Assembly: GCA_965202665.1 (NCBI GenBank)
Contig: OZ241841.1
Location: forward strand, 352,001 to 416,000
Source of the DNA: Candidatus Spongiisociaceae bacterium
GTDB lineage: Bacteria; Actinomycetota; Acidimicrobiia; Spongiisociales; Spongiisociaceae
Direction: 5' to 3'
DNA length: 64,000 nucleotides
This document shows positions 10,036 through 20,218 of the stretch, piece after piece. The notes beneath the pieces were generated by a model. It saw only the letters and a program-made list of their open reading frames with translations, searched no databases and was not told the origin of the DNA. A program made the position numbers and the translations under genes. Numbering within the stretch: position 1 is the stretch's first letter; every line of letters begins with the position of its first letter.

Positions 10036-10808
10036 TCTCCTTCATCTATTGGCAGTAACAGTTCGAGACAAGTAGCAGCCGCCGCAGGATCATAATCTTC
10101 GGCGCACCAATCGGATACTCCCTTTTCATTTAAGCGCAAACTGATTTCTCTGAGAATCCGCGACTCATCCGGGTTTTGATATTCAGGATCGAATTTTGCC
10201 AAAGATCCTATCAAGGCAGCTATCCACACATCCCGCCGCTGCTGTATTTCTTTATGAATATCCTCAGCTAAATATACTGTAAATTTGATATGTTCGTTTG
10301 GTCCTTCAATTCTCATCGTCCCTGGTCTTGCTTTATCATCACGTAAGAATTCCAACATTGATGACAGCAAAGGTTCGGCAGAATAGATAATACCTTTTGC
10401 CAAGTAAGTACCTTCGACAAAAGTCAAAATTTCCTTGTCATTACCTTGCCAAACTTCATTAAAATACTTGGTTGGTATAGTCAGTTGCTTAACTACTACC
10501 AAACCAGAAATAATAAATACAGGAAGATGCCCACCAGTTTCGTTGATATCCCAAGAAACGGTAGTAACAGTATCCTGTGTCTGGTAAGATTTGGAGTACA
10601 GAGCTGCGGGAGAGCGAATCTCGATAATCCACTTTGCCTTGCCTTTGTCTACTAAACTATGCAAAACATCAGCATTAGAACCCTCAAATCTATTCGTCAC
10701 CAGAGCCTCCCCACCTCTAGTAGGCTGAACCTCGTTTTCATACTGAATGTCTAGAAAATCGGTACTTTGACCATCTGCACGGAGCATCGGACGCGAATAT
10801 GTTTTCAT
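10032..10808 (-). CDS. Hypothetical protein (island gene 3)
   Basis: 258-aa low-GC ORF with ATGA overlaps on both sides; N-terminal YSRPML...DF. Confidence 0.75.
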   Translation of the reverse strand: MKTYSRPMLRADGQSTDFLDIQYENEVQPTRGGEALVTNRFEGSNADVLHSLVDKGKAKWIIEIRSPAALYSKSYQTQDTVTTVSWDINETGGHLPVFIISGLVVVKQLTIPTKYFNEVWQGNDKEILTFVEGTYLAKGIIYSAEPLLSSMLEFLRDDKARPGTMRIEGPNEHIKFTVYLAEDIHKEIQQRRDVWIAALIGSLAKFDPEYQNPDESRILREISLRLNEKGVSDWCAEDYDPAAAATCLELLLPIDEGE

Positions 10809-12648
10809 TTTCGAACTACCAAATCAACAGCCAACACACCCTCCCCTATTCGAACAGGATGCTTTAATTTGACAACAAGTCTACCAAATCTTTCTGTTTC
10901 TACCTCGTATGGATCTGATTGCCGTGTTTCATCACATGCCACAATTTGAAAAAATTTATTGGCGAGCAACTCATCACATGTTTCATCCGAGCCCGTCTCT
11001 CGCAACACGCGCACACCTAATTTAGGATAAGTATGCTCACCAATATAACAATCAAAACCAACTATTTTGCCATTTTCTATTTTTTCCCGAGCCGAAAAAG
11101 ATACCTTTGCCGGTCTGCCTCTCTTCGCACGTCCAGCTGGTACATCAGGTTTCTTTGGCGGTACCCCCGTCTTGATATCATTACCATTTTTTCCCGTACG
11201 GCCACCACCCTCGCCTGGTTCTTCAACAGGCTTAGGAGTACGAGGAGGCGTACTAAGTGGCTCTGCTTTGACAACAGTACCAGAAGGAAAATCCGCAAAG
11301 CCAGCAGGGATAAATATCTTGCCCCTCGATTCTCCTACCTGTTCTTTCAACAAATTACAAGTTTCTAAAAGCAAACTTTCCAGTTTCTTTTTCTCCCGAC
11401 TGTTCAAATTACTTAAGTCAATTGCCATATGATCAGTACCTTCTGAACTTCGTATCAACTGATATAACTCGCTTGGCGAGTCTTGGGGATCAGGTAAAAT
11501 CACTGCATCAAATTGTTCGTAACCGGCAAACTTTGGAGGATCGAGATGAGGAGATTCCCAAGTGATCCACATTCCTTCTCTAAAAATATTAACACGGGTG
11601 TTCTTCTCCCTATCCTTAAGGAGACGAAACTTTATCAAAGTACCCATATCATGCTTTAAATTTTTACCTTTGACTATTGTCTGATAGGCTCGGTAAGCTA
11701 ATCCTTCTGGGAATGAACAATTTTTGCTACGAGAAACAGCACCAGATGAATCTAAAAACGACTTCACATTGCTGTTATCAACTCTTATGAGATTGTTGCT
11801 CTCTTGATCTAATCGGTTGTCGATCGAGACAGTCATTCTTTTATCAAGAATAGCAGCCAAAAAGTGCGAAGCAGACACTTTATAAATTTGTTTCATTGCA
11901 TAATTTGAATCTTCTCCAAAAAAATTGAATCCCAATATCGCCACTACCGTCCCAGTGCCACTTATACTTCTAATCTCTTTTGACAGTATCTTAGGTGACT
12001 CTGTTAAATATTCAACGCTACTATCAAATAGATCCAGTTGTTGTTTTTTTCTTAGGGCTAGAGTACCTTTGGCGGAAAGTGGTCCATTCCTCCCCCCCCC
12101 CCCATACGAGCAGCTAGTATCGCTCTACCTGAACCGGTAAAACCACTATCGGTCTTACCTCCATAAACAACATATCGTAAATCACTGGCTGCGAAAGCAG
12201 TAAGGTGGCCTAAACCGACCGAACCAGCTCCCTTCTCCGATTTATCCGTATTTCCTTCACTTAGTAGTCTATTCATCGTATTTCCATCGATTCCTATACC
12301 GTTATCTCGACAAAACAGTACGGGAATTTCACCACCTTGCATAGCAGTTTCTATCCGCTCACATATTTTCACATCTTGTTGCGAAAGTTGATTGTGTTGC
12401 TGGCGTTGTTCACGGGCAGATCTAAACGCTTCCAAGTAATCTTTCCAGGCTGGAAGATCCTCGGTGGCAACTATATCGATAGTAAACACTACATCTACCG
12501 AGTCGGTATCACGGTGACGAGCGTCCAAGCAGTTCTGGAGCAACTCGCGTATGACGGGCTCGGCATTCCCTCTGCTGTGAATATTGATCTGGCTGGTGGC
12601 AAACCCATCGCTGGTTTGCTCTTCGGGGAAAATAAGTTTCTCAGCCAA
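10805..12648 (-). pseudogene. GHKL (HATPase_c/MORC-like) ATPase, about 614 aa, frameshifted at a G12 tract (phase-off allele or sequence error)
   Basis: The 12058-12648 ORF has RELLQNCLDA, DNGIG and GAGSVGLG (N, G1, G2 boxes). Adding one G at 12092-12103 gives an open read-through RNGPLSAKG...GTGTVVAILGF (G3 box) into the 10805-11944 ORF. Confidence 0.8.
12092..12103. repeat. C12/G12 homopolymer at the frameshift site
   Basis: tccccccccccccat on the + strand. Confidence 0.9.
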
Positions 12649-12666
12649 CTTTCAGACCTTCCTTGC

Positions 12667-13908
12667 CTAATCCGTACAGTCGCAAACGGGCGTACCGGTC
12701 GCCCCCGGAGCGCGTTTGCGAAAATTGCCAGCCCGCACTTGGGCATACGAAGGGGCGCCTACCCCCAAGAACCCAAACTTGGTAGTTCCGGTTCCGTCGC
12801 GACGGGTGGCCTCCCTCCGGTATTTCCGTTCTATTGTCTCCCACCATACTATATCTGACGGGGTTCCGTCAATTCGTTGTGGGTCGTCAATCTTTGTCAA
12901 ACGAACCAGCTGGTTGGTTCCCTTCATGAAGCAGAACGTACAGTTGCCCGCCTCGGCGGGCATCGACAAATCAAATGGGGCGTTACGCCAGTAATCGTCC
13001 ACCTCCTGTTTGGTGAAACCGGAATCGGCTAGAGGAAAGTGGGGGTGCTCCCCTCCCGGCTGGGATGCCGTACCGCACTGCTGACTGGACGCACCCTCGG
13101 AGATGAACGTTCTATCCAACACTCGGTTAACTCTCCTAATCTCATCGGAGCGTAAGCCCAGCAGCGTAAGATGATCAATAGGAGGGCGACCCCACAAACC
13201 TTCGCCTGGTTGAGGCGGATTTGTTATAGGAACATCAGTGAAATCATTCCACTTCTGTTCATCACGGGCTGATGGCTGGTCGAGCATGAATTCGGCCCGT
13301 CGCATAAAATCTACTCTTCTAGCCGTACCTCCCCTCTTCTCATATTCATCGGCCACGAACTCCGAGGACAGGTAGGGCTCATCCCTGTAGTGCCCTTGAT
13401 GGGCCGGACCGCCGCTTCCGCTGAACCATTCTTCAAGCAACTGATGGGCGGGTTGCAACTTTAGCTTGTACGTGCAGGAGCGTTGTCTCGGATTCGGCAA
13501 CATCTGCTGGAAGGAAAGCATCTCCTCAAAAACCTCTCCCCGCCAGCGGTAACCCTGCGGATGCTCTTCTACAGGCAACCGCTTCACCAGCCGAAAGGTT
13601 GGACGGCGACGGTAACCATAGTACGTTGCGTCCTCCACTGTACAGAATTCGTACCAAAGAACCGGCAGGCCATGCTCCACCTCCAGCAACCGGCTCACCT
13701 GGTCAGCGAACCGATAGGTGGCGGGATGCTCGGCGCTGGTGTTGGCGAAAAGGACCAAATCCCCCCGACTCGGATCAAGGGTTCGGCTCTCCGCCAACGC
13801 CACAGCGACAAGGGCCGACGACCGCCCACCGGAAAATTTGACGATGTGCGGCATCGCGGCATGTCGCGGATGCCGATATCTGACTTGGACTGCAGGTATT
13901 TTTTTCAT
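12667..13908 (-). CDS. PAPS-reductase/adenine nucleotide alpha-hydrolase family protein with Cys clusters
   Basis: PP-loop VKFSGGRSS, FANTSAEH, RSCTYKLK, GLRSDE-RR, FPL, GNCTFCF, terminal CDCTD. Start placed at ATG 13908, just downstream of a promoter-like element. Confidence 0.82.
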   Translation of the reverse strand: MKKIPAVQVRYRHPRHAAMPHIVKFSGGRSSALVAVALAESRTLDPSRGDLVLFANTSAEHPATYRFADQVSRLLEVEHGLPVLWYEFCTVEDATYYGYRRRPTFRLVKRLPVEEHPQGYRWRGEVFEEMLSFQQMLPNPRQRSCTYKLKLQPAHQLLEEWFSGSGGPAHQGHYRDEPYLSSEFVADEYEKRGGTARRVDFMRRAEFMLDQPSARDEQKWNDFTDVPITNPPQPGEGLWGRPPIDHLTLLGLRSDEIRRVNRVLDRTFISEGASSQQCGTASQPGGEHPHFPLADSGFTKQEVDDYWRNAPFDLSMPAEAGNCTFCFMKGTNQLVRLTKIDDPQRIDGTPSDIVWWETIERKYRREATRRDGTGTTKFGFLGVGAPSYAQVRAGNFRKRAPGATGTPVCDCTD

Positions 13909-13917
13909 TGCCCGGGG

Positions 13918-13945
13918 ATTGTAGGCATGCCGCAAGCATATGCAA
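13918..13945 (-). promoter_or_regulatory. Putative sigma70 promoter for the island operon
   Basis: TTGCAT-N16-TACAAT on the minus strand, 9 nt before ATG 13908. Confidence 0.45.
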
Positions 13946-14250
13946 GGCATTTCGACCTTCCAGGCGGCTAGGTGGGCAACGACGCAGGTGGGCCGCTCAA
14001 TTCTCCTTTGCCGATTCCGCCGGTTCGCCTTCATCAACTGGAGGGGCCTGTGCTTTTCGGCCTGCTCCCCTAAGCCGCCGTTGTCAGCAGGCGGAGCAAC
14101 CCCGTTTTCGGATGGCGCGGTGGCAGTGGAAACTTACCGGAATCCCCCTCATGGCCGGATGGCGTAATGACCGGCGTGGTCGGAGCGGTGGGATCACGCT
14201 TCCCCGGGGGGTGGGGGCGGAAAAGGGCCGCTGCTTCCGAATCATCATAT

Positions 14251-15290
14251 CTAGGGGCCGACTGGTCGGAACTGCAAGGGGACGGACGGCGGTAAAAGGG
14301 TCGCCCCTTCCGAATCATCATATACGGCACCTTCGGATATATAAAAATCCTGCAGGAAGTTAGCGTCGGTTACCAGCATCGGAAGGTCTTTGTCTATGCC
14401 TATACGGCCTTCGGTGATTGTCATCCTTTTACATCTGCTTCTTTCACTTTTCGGGTTAGCTCAGCTAAAGGAATATTCAAACGAGCGCGTTGTTCATCTG
14501 TTCGCGCATATCTAATATCCGCCGCAACGGCCCTAATTTCATCTGATCTATTTCGTTGGACTGACCAAACAATAAAAAAACCTCCAGCGTTCCAAGATTC
14601 TACCGCTAACGTGAAAGGTAAATCTAGAAACAAAACCAACTCTCTCCCTTCAAAAGCATTAGCGGTTCGGGCTCTCGGATCATCGAGATGTTGCGTTGCC
14701 TCCTTAATGCTTTCCAAATTGTTAACATCAATTCCCCATAGGTTTTCTCTGTGTATAGACACCGTTAATATTGGGGGACCCGACCCAACCATATATTCAC
14801 TTATTGCTAAATCAACAAAGCAATAATAGTGGTAAAGTCCATTAATATCTTTACGCATGTATTTAGCTGGTATGAATAGATATGCAGCGCAACGAGTAGT
14901 ATCAGGGACTACAACTCCTCTAACAACTATATGAGGGGTATATCTTGCATCGTATCCTTCTCTGATCAACAGTTGCTCAAAAGTAATCTCATTTGCTGTA
15001 GGCAAATAGGGAGGCGCAGCGTTAACGGATAGCATTTCTACTCTAGCCAGAAGCTTTTTTGAACAAGGGTCTTGATTACCAAATTGAACAGTACAGGGAG
15101 GGATAACTCTGTCTAAATACGACACCTGAGGCCTTTTCATACTACGAACCTTATTCCCAGTGAACAACGACGACACCGTATTTGTAGTACTCTCACTCGG
15201 GGAAAGGTCGGTTTGCCCGCCGCAGGACAGCGCTAGCAAGGTTGCCCCAGCCAACAGCAGGGAGATGATCGCTCGGCGGCCTATTCGCAT
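14251..15290 (-). pseudogene. Orphan Cys-motif lipoprotein paralog 1, frameshifted near 14425
   Basis: Lipobox LALSC; YLDRVIPPC, PHIVVRG, TTRC-AY, YYCFVD, EYMVGSGP. After the stop at 14421 another frame continues ITEGRIGIDKDLPMLVTDANFLQDFYISEGAVY, matching the 39086-40504 paralog. Confidence 0.8.
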
Positions 15291-15312
15291 GGAGATTCTC
15301 CCGACACGGTCC

Positions 15313-17550
15313 CTAGTTCCAATGCCAATTCCAGGCAGTGTCGTCTTTCAGCAGGCGGGACTCCGATCCGTCCCGTTTGGCCATCCACAATTCGCCGTCC
15401 AAGCCGTAGGCCACCCATTCCCCGGTGCGCGGCCACTCCACTCGGTGGGTTGAGTCGGCAACGGCTACCAGGCGCGGAGGCGAGCCGTCCGCCGCCGCCA
15501 ACCACAACTCATCGCCCACCTGTCTTCCGGCAGCGTCCCGCTTCTCCGACCAAAAAGCGATCATTTCCCCATCCGACGACCAGTACATGAAAAGGATGTT
15601 GCCCAAACCCCCCGCCAAACGGCGCCGGTCGGAACCATCGGCGTCGGCCAGCCACAACTCGTCTTCCATCCAGATGCCCTGCGCGTTCCGCACCTCCGTA
15701 ACGTAAGCCGTCTTGCCCCCATCCGGGGATTCTTCCAGAATGACCGAGCCGGGGAACAGGGGAACGTGGCGGCGTTGATTGGAGCCGTCCTCGTCCGCCT
15801 CCCAAACCCCTCTGTCGACCGTCTCCCCTTCTTCGTTCCGTTGCACCGCCGAATATCGGACGGTCCCGTCATCCGACCAACCGAACCCGGTGTAGAACCA
15901 TTCCCCATCGGAGGGGGCGGTCAGACGGCGCCGCACCCGACGGTCCGCATCCGCCGTCCACAGGCGGTAGGCGTGCAGCCAGTATCCGTCTTCATCGTAG
16001 ATCGGTTCCCGAAAGGCGATGCTTCCCCCGCTCGGCGACCACCTATACCCGCTGTGAAAGTCGCTGACGTCGTCGGCCAACTTGTAGGGCCCGGCTGAGC
16101 CGTCCACTTCGATCATCCACAATCCCGTTTCTCCGGTCCGCTTTCCCCTCTCGTCGACCTGTTCCACCTGATAGGCGAGCCTTCGCCCGTCCGGGGACCA
16201 CTTGTAACGGAAGAAAAAGTCTGGGTTTTCCAGCAACCGGCGCGGCCCGCCCCCGCTGAAATCGGCCACCCGCAGCCCGGTCAGCGTCAGCGGCAGGGAG
16301 AAACCCACAGCCGGGTTCCCGTAACCGGAGGCGGCGGGGAAGCCGAAGCCGGAAAATGATGCGGCGGCGCCCTCGGGGGAGGCGGGCTCCGATGCTTCTT
16401 CTATCAGATACGCCAAGCATTTATCACCGTGGGAAAACTCGTATCGCTCTAAGAAACCGTCCAAACTGAGCAAACGCCGCCGGCGATCCGCGTAAAAGTC
16501 GTAAGACCAGACCTCCGTCCCCGTCAACTCCCCGGCGGCGTCCCGCGCGATCGTTGAATATTTGATGGTTCCCGCGCCCCGCGATGTCAAAAAAGTCCAG
16601 CCGTCGGCGGAGAGGCGGCGCGGACGCAAATCCGGCCCCTCGTACACCCACAGTTCGCGGATCCCCCGCCCGCCGTCGGCAAGCGTTCCCGTATAGGTGA
16701 GGATGTCCCCCGACCACCACAGGTCGTTTCGCCACTCCCCGACGGCGTGTTCGCCCAGCATCCGGGTCTGCGAGGTTGCGGCGTCGAACACCCAAATCTG
16801 CTCGCCCCCGCCGTCCCGCGCGCTGTAGGCGAGGGTCCGGCCGTCCGGGGACCACCGCCAGTAGTAGACGTTTTCGGTCAACCGGCGGGGCTCCGAACCG
16901 TCCGTTCCGGCCACCCACAGTTCCCTCCGCTGGTCGGAATGCAATTCGTAGGTGAAAAAGTTGTTTTCCGGGTCGCCCCGGTTGATGCGGGCCAGCTCTT
17001 GCGCCCCGGCCCGCATGAACAAGGCCAGGTCGGCCCGGCTGGCCCCCTCCGGGAAAGCCCGCCCCACCACCGCCGCCAACTGACCGCCCGGCACCGCCCC
17101 GTCCGGCCGGAAAGACCCATCCGGATACCCCTCGAACCAGCCGAAGTCGGCGGCGTATAGAATGTCCCAACTCTGGGGGTTGCGATATGTGACATCGGCG
17201 AACACCGGCCATTCGCATCCGGGCCCGCCCACCGGATCCCGGCCCAACGTCCGTACGCCGGCCAGCATAAAGGAGGCCAGGTCGGCCCGGCTGGCCCCCT
17301 CCGGGAAAGCCCGCCCCACCACCGCCGCCAACTGACCGCCCGGCACCGCCCCGTCCGGCCGGAAAGACCCATCCGGATACCCCTGAAACCATCCCCGGTC
17401 GGCGGCGAACAAAATGGCCTCCCTTTGCGGATGGGAGGCGGGGACGTCGGAGAACCGCTCCTCCCCCCCGGCGGTCCCCGCGGCGAGCGTCCCGGCCGCC
17501 AACCCCGCCGCCAGCAACGCCCCGGCCGCCCGCGCCGCCCCGCCTTTCAT
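15313..17550 (-). CDS. Secreted S-layer homology (SLH) domain protein with TolB/PD40-like beta-propeller repeats
   Basis: Signal peptide; FSDV...GWFQGYPDGSFRPD twice; repeated LW-A-ADGS..RRL and WSPDG motifs. Confidence 0.85.
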   Translation of the reverse strand: MKGGAARAAGALLAAGLAAGTLAAGTAGGEERFSDVPASHPQREAILFAADRGWFQGYPDGSFRPDGAVPGGQLAAVVGRAFPEGASRADLASFMLAGVRTLGRDPVGGPGCEWPVFADVTYRNPQSWDILYAADFGWFEGYPDGSFRPDGAVPGGQLAAVVGRAFPEGASRADLALFMRAGAQELARINRGDPENNFFTYELHSDQRRELWVAGTDGSEPRRLTENVYYWRWSPDGRTLAYSARDGGGEQIWVFDAATSQTRMLGEHAVGEWRNDLWWSGDILTYTGTLADGGRGIRELWVYEGPDLRPRRLSADGWTFLTSRGAGTIKYSTIARDAAGELTGTEVWSYDFYADRRRRLLSLDGFLERYEFSHGDKCLAYLIEEASEPASPEGAAASFSGFGFPAASGYGNPAVGFSLPLTLTGLRVADFSGGGPRRLLENPDFFFRYKWSPDGRRLAYQVEQVDERGKRTGETGLWMIEVDGSAGPYKLADDVSDFHSGYRWSPSGGSIAFREPIYDEDGYWLHAYRLWTADADRRVRRRLTAPSDGEWFYTGFGWSDDGTVRYSAVQRNEEGETVDRGVWEADEDGSNQRRHVPLFPGSVILEESPDGGKTAYVTEVRNAQGIWMEDELWLADADGSDRRRLAGGLGNILFMYWSSDGEMIAFWSEKRDAAGRQVGDELWLAAADGSPPRLVAVADSTHRVEWPRTGEWVAYGLDGELWMAKRDGSESRLLKDDTAWNWHWN
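17022..17384. repeat. 111-bp identical direct repeat (17022-17132 and 17274-17384) encoding the SLH motif
   Basis: Two exact copies 252 bp (84 codons) apart. Confidence 0.88.
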
Positions 17551-19378
17551 ACGACGACGATCGTAACGTGGATGTTGCGCACCGGTGAAGGCCGGCGCAC
17601 GGCCCGTTCCATGGAAAAGTCCCCCGCCCAGCCAAGCAGCCGCTCGGCGGGATCATCGGCCGCTTCCACCCACAATATTCCGTTTTCCTTGTAGGCGATG
17701 TTTCCGCCGTCGGGGGACCATTCGTACGGCTCCCCCCTGTCCGGCTGATGCGTCAAACGGCGCCTCTCCGACCCGTCGGCCGCCGCCGACCAAACCTCGT
17801 CCCGTTCCCCACTCGCCCAGTAGGCGATGCGCTTCCCGTCCGGCGACCACCTAACTCGTTGAATGTGGGAGATCGCCCCGGACAAACGACGCTGGTTGGA
17901 GCCATCGGCGGCCGCCGCCCGCAATTCGGTTCCCACGTATTCATCGTCTTCGTTCCGCACCTGCACCAAGAAGGCGATGTCCTCCCCGGTGGGCGACCAT
18001 CCCCACCATTGGTTGTAACTTAAATGGTTGTCCGCCAAAAGGGCCGTCTCCCGTCCCCCGGCCGCTACCCGCAACTCCCCGAACACCTGAAAAGCGACGC
18101 TTTCCCCGTTCGGCGACCAATCCCACAGCCCGGAGGAACTCAGATTGTCGCTCCACATAACCGGTTCCGACCCGTCCAAGGCCGCCACGTACAACTGCTG
18201 TTTGCGGGGAATGCGCACGCTTCTTTTGTAGGCGATGCGCTCCCCATCCGGCGACCAGCGGAAACCGCTGAACCCCGCCGAATTTTCAGCCAGCAACCGG
18301 GAACCCGACCCGTCCGCGTTTTCCGCGCGCAACTGCGTTCCCCTCCAGTAACCGTCCCGGTCCCGGGTAGCCGCGACGTAGGCTATTCGCTCCCCGTCCA
18401 ACGACCAGGTCCAGTGGTAGTCGCTGTCCAGCAAATCGGTCACCAACCTCTTGCCCCTCCCGTCGTACGCCGCCGTCCACAACTCATATGGGTTGTTTCT
18501 CCCCGTGCTGTAAGCGATGAAGCCGCTCAACCCCCATTGCCACGACCGGGGACCGGTCAAGTCGCTGGTGAGAAGGCGGTGGTAGGAACCGTCGGCCGCC
18601 GCCGCCCACAATCCGCGTCCCGTCGGCTCGCCGTCCGCTCCCCGCAGCACCGCTTCGTAAGCAATGCTTTCCCCGGAGGGGGCCCATTCCCAGTCGCCGG
18701 TGGCCCAGCAGGTTCCGTCGTAGACAAGATGTTCGCTCACCCGGCGGGGGGCCGACCCATCCGTACCCGCCACCCACAATTCCGACCCCAGCCATTCCCC
18801 GTCCTCGTCCCGGACGCCCTTCTCGTAGGCGATGTTCCCGCCGTCGGGCGACCATCTCCAGAATTCGGGCGTATGACAACGACTCTGGTCCAAGCCTCCC
18901 ACCAACCGGCGGGGCGCCGTCCCGTCCAATCCCACCACCCACATTTCAACCGCTTCCCAGGCACTTTCCTCGTTTCGTATTACCACTAAGTAAACGATCT
19001 TTCCCCCATCCGGCGACCGCGAAAAGTCCAATATTTCAACCGGGTCCTCCACTAATCGAACCGGTTCCGTCCCGTCCGCTCCCGCCGCCCACAGCTCAAC
19101 CCCGCCCGGGACCCGCACTGCGTAAACCAAAAGATCGTCCTTTGGCGAAAGGGCGGCCGGATCGCCGCCGTTCGGAGCCGGCGCGGAGGGGAGGGTGGCG
19201 GCGCCTTCCCGCATGAAAGCGGCCAACTCGGCCCGGGTGGAACCGGATGGGAAGGCCCGCCGCAACACTTTGGCTATCTGAGCCGGGGTTACCGTCCGTT
19301 CGGGCCGAAAGGTACCGTCCGGATAACCCTGAAACCACCCCAGCTGAACGGCGACGACGATGTCCAGCAGGGCCCGTC
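17547..19378 (-). pseudogene. SLH + beta-propeller (WSPDG repeat) surface protein, 5'-truncated
   Basis: The frame extends upstream of 19268 as DIVVAVQLGWFQGYPDGTFRPE, then hits TAG TAG inside lipoprotein-derived DNA. No signal peptide. About 9 WSPDG-like repeats. Confidence 0.75.
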
Positions 19379-19839
19379 CCTACTAAGTATTCGTTGATCG
19401 TAATATCCATAAAGCAAAGATAATGAAAAAGACCGATATACAAGTCATCAAGCATCTCTCGTTCAGGTCTAAACATTGGATACACATCACATCGGATACT
19501 ATTAGGCTTGGCAATGCCCCTAACCGCAATATGGGGGGCTAACCTGGGATGATATACACCTGTTAGTAAACTAGCACCGAGCAACAAATCAGTGAAAGTA
19601 GGCGGATCACCTTCCTCCACTGGCCAAAAGGGGATTGCCCCCTGTATGGAAACCGTCTCCAAGTCCGGAATGTCCGTAGCGCAAAGTTCCTGACCACTCC
19701 CCTCATTATCGGCGCAAGGAGGAACAACGGCCTCTAAATATGACACCTCATCTCTAGACATGGCCTGTTCCCGCCCGCCGTTATCACTACATGAAATCGC
19801 AAGCAATGCTAAAACTATTAGTAAAATCCTAATATTCAT
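19370..19839 (-). pseudogene. Orphan Cys-motif lipoprotein paralog 2, 3'-truncated and fused out of frame to the SLH gene
   Basis: Lipobox LAISC; YLEAVVPPC, PHIAVRG, RCDVY, HYLCFMD, EYLVGTGP, followed by an abrupt switch to high-GC SLH sequence. Confidence 0.78.
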
Positions 19840-20044
19840 TATTGAATCTCCCTAAAAGGCAAGGATTATGATCAGAACTCCAGAAAGGAATACAGGGAGG
19901 AATCGTCTCTTCTAAATACCAAACAATAGGCCTCGTGGGTTGCTCGTTACGTAACTCCACACTCTCAGCACTATCAGTCTTGCAAGACGGCAAAACCAAA
20001 ACAATCAGCACTACCCAAATGCTCAAGAATCTCACAGATCTCAT
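19829..20044 (-). pseudogene. Orphan Cys-motif lipoprotein paralog 3, N-terminal fragment
   Basis: AGGAGG RBS, ATG at 20044, lipobox LPSC, WYLEETIPPC...NPC, then runs into the start of the next paralog. Confidence 0.7.
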
Positions 20045-20218
20045 TTGCCGTAATCCTCCTTGACGCGCGCCTCTATACAACCATCAACCCACCCCTCACC
20101 GGAACCAGCCCGATGATCCAACTACTCCTCCTTTCAAACTCCAATAAAACTAACTTAACACCACCGCAAACACCTGTCAAATCCAACTTGAAAAAATCCC
20201 GCGCCGGGAGAGAAGCCG

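Noticed and set aside
12667-13908. cysH sulfate assimilation or a canonical Dnd/Ssp phosphorothioation locus
   Set aside because: No cys genes, cysteine desulfurase, DndD/DndE or SspB/C adjacent; motif spacing differs from CysH
14200-19400. CRISPR-like or non-coding repeat array
   Set aside because: The repeats are coding (SLH, WSPDG propeller blades) or a single short duplication; no repeat-spacer periodicity
9178-20200. Prophage or integrative element
   Set aside because: No integrase, structural phage genes, tRNA target or att repeats recognised
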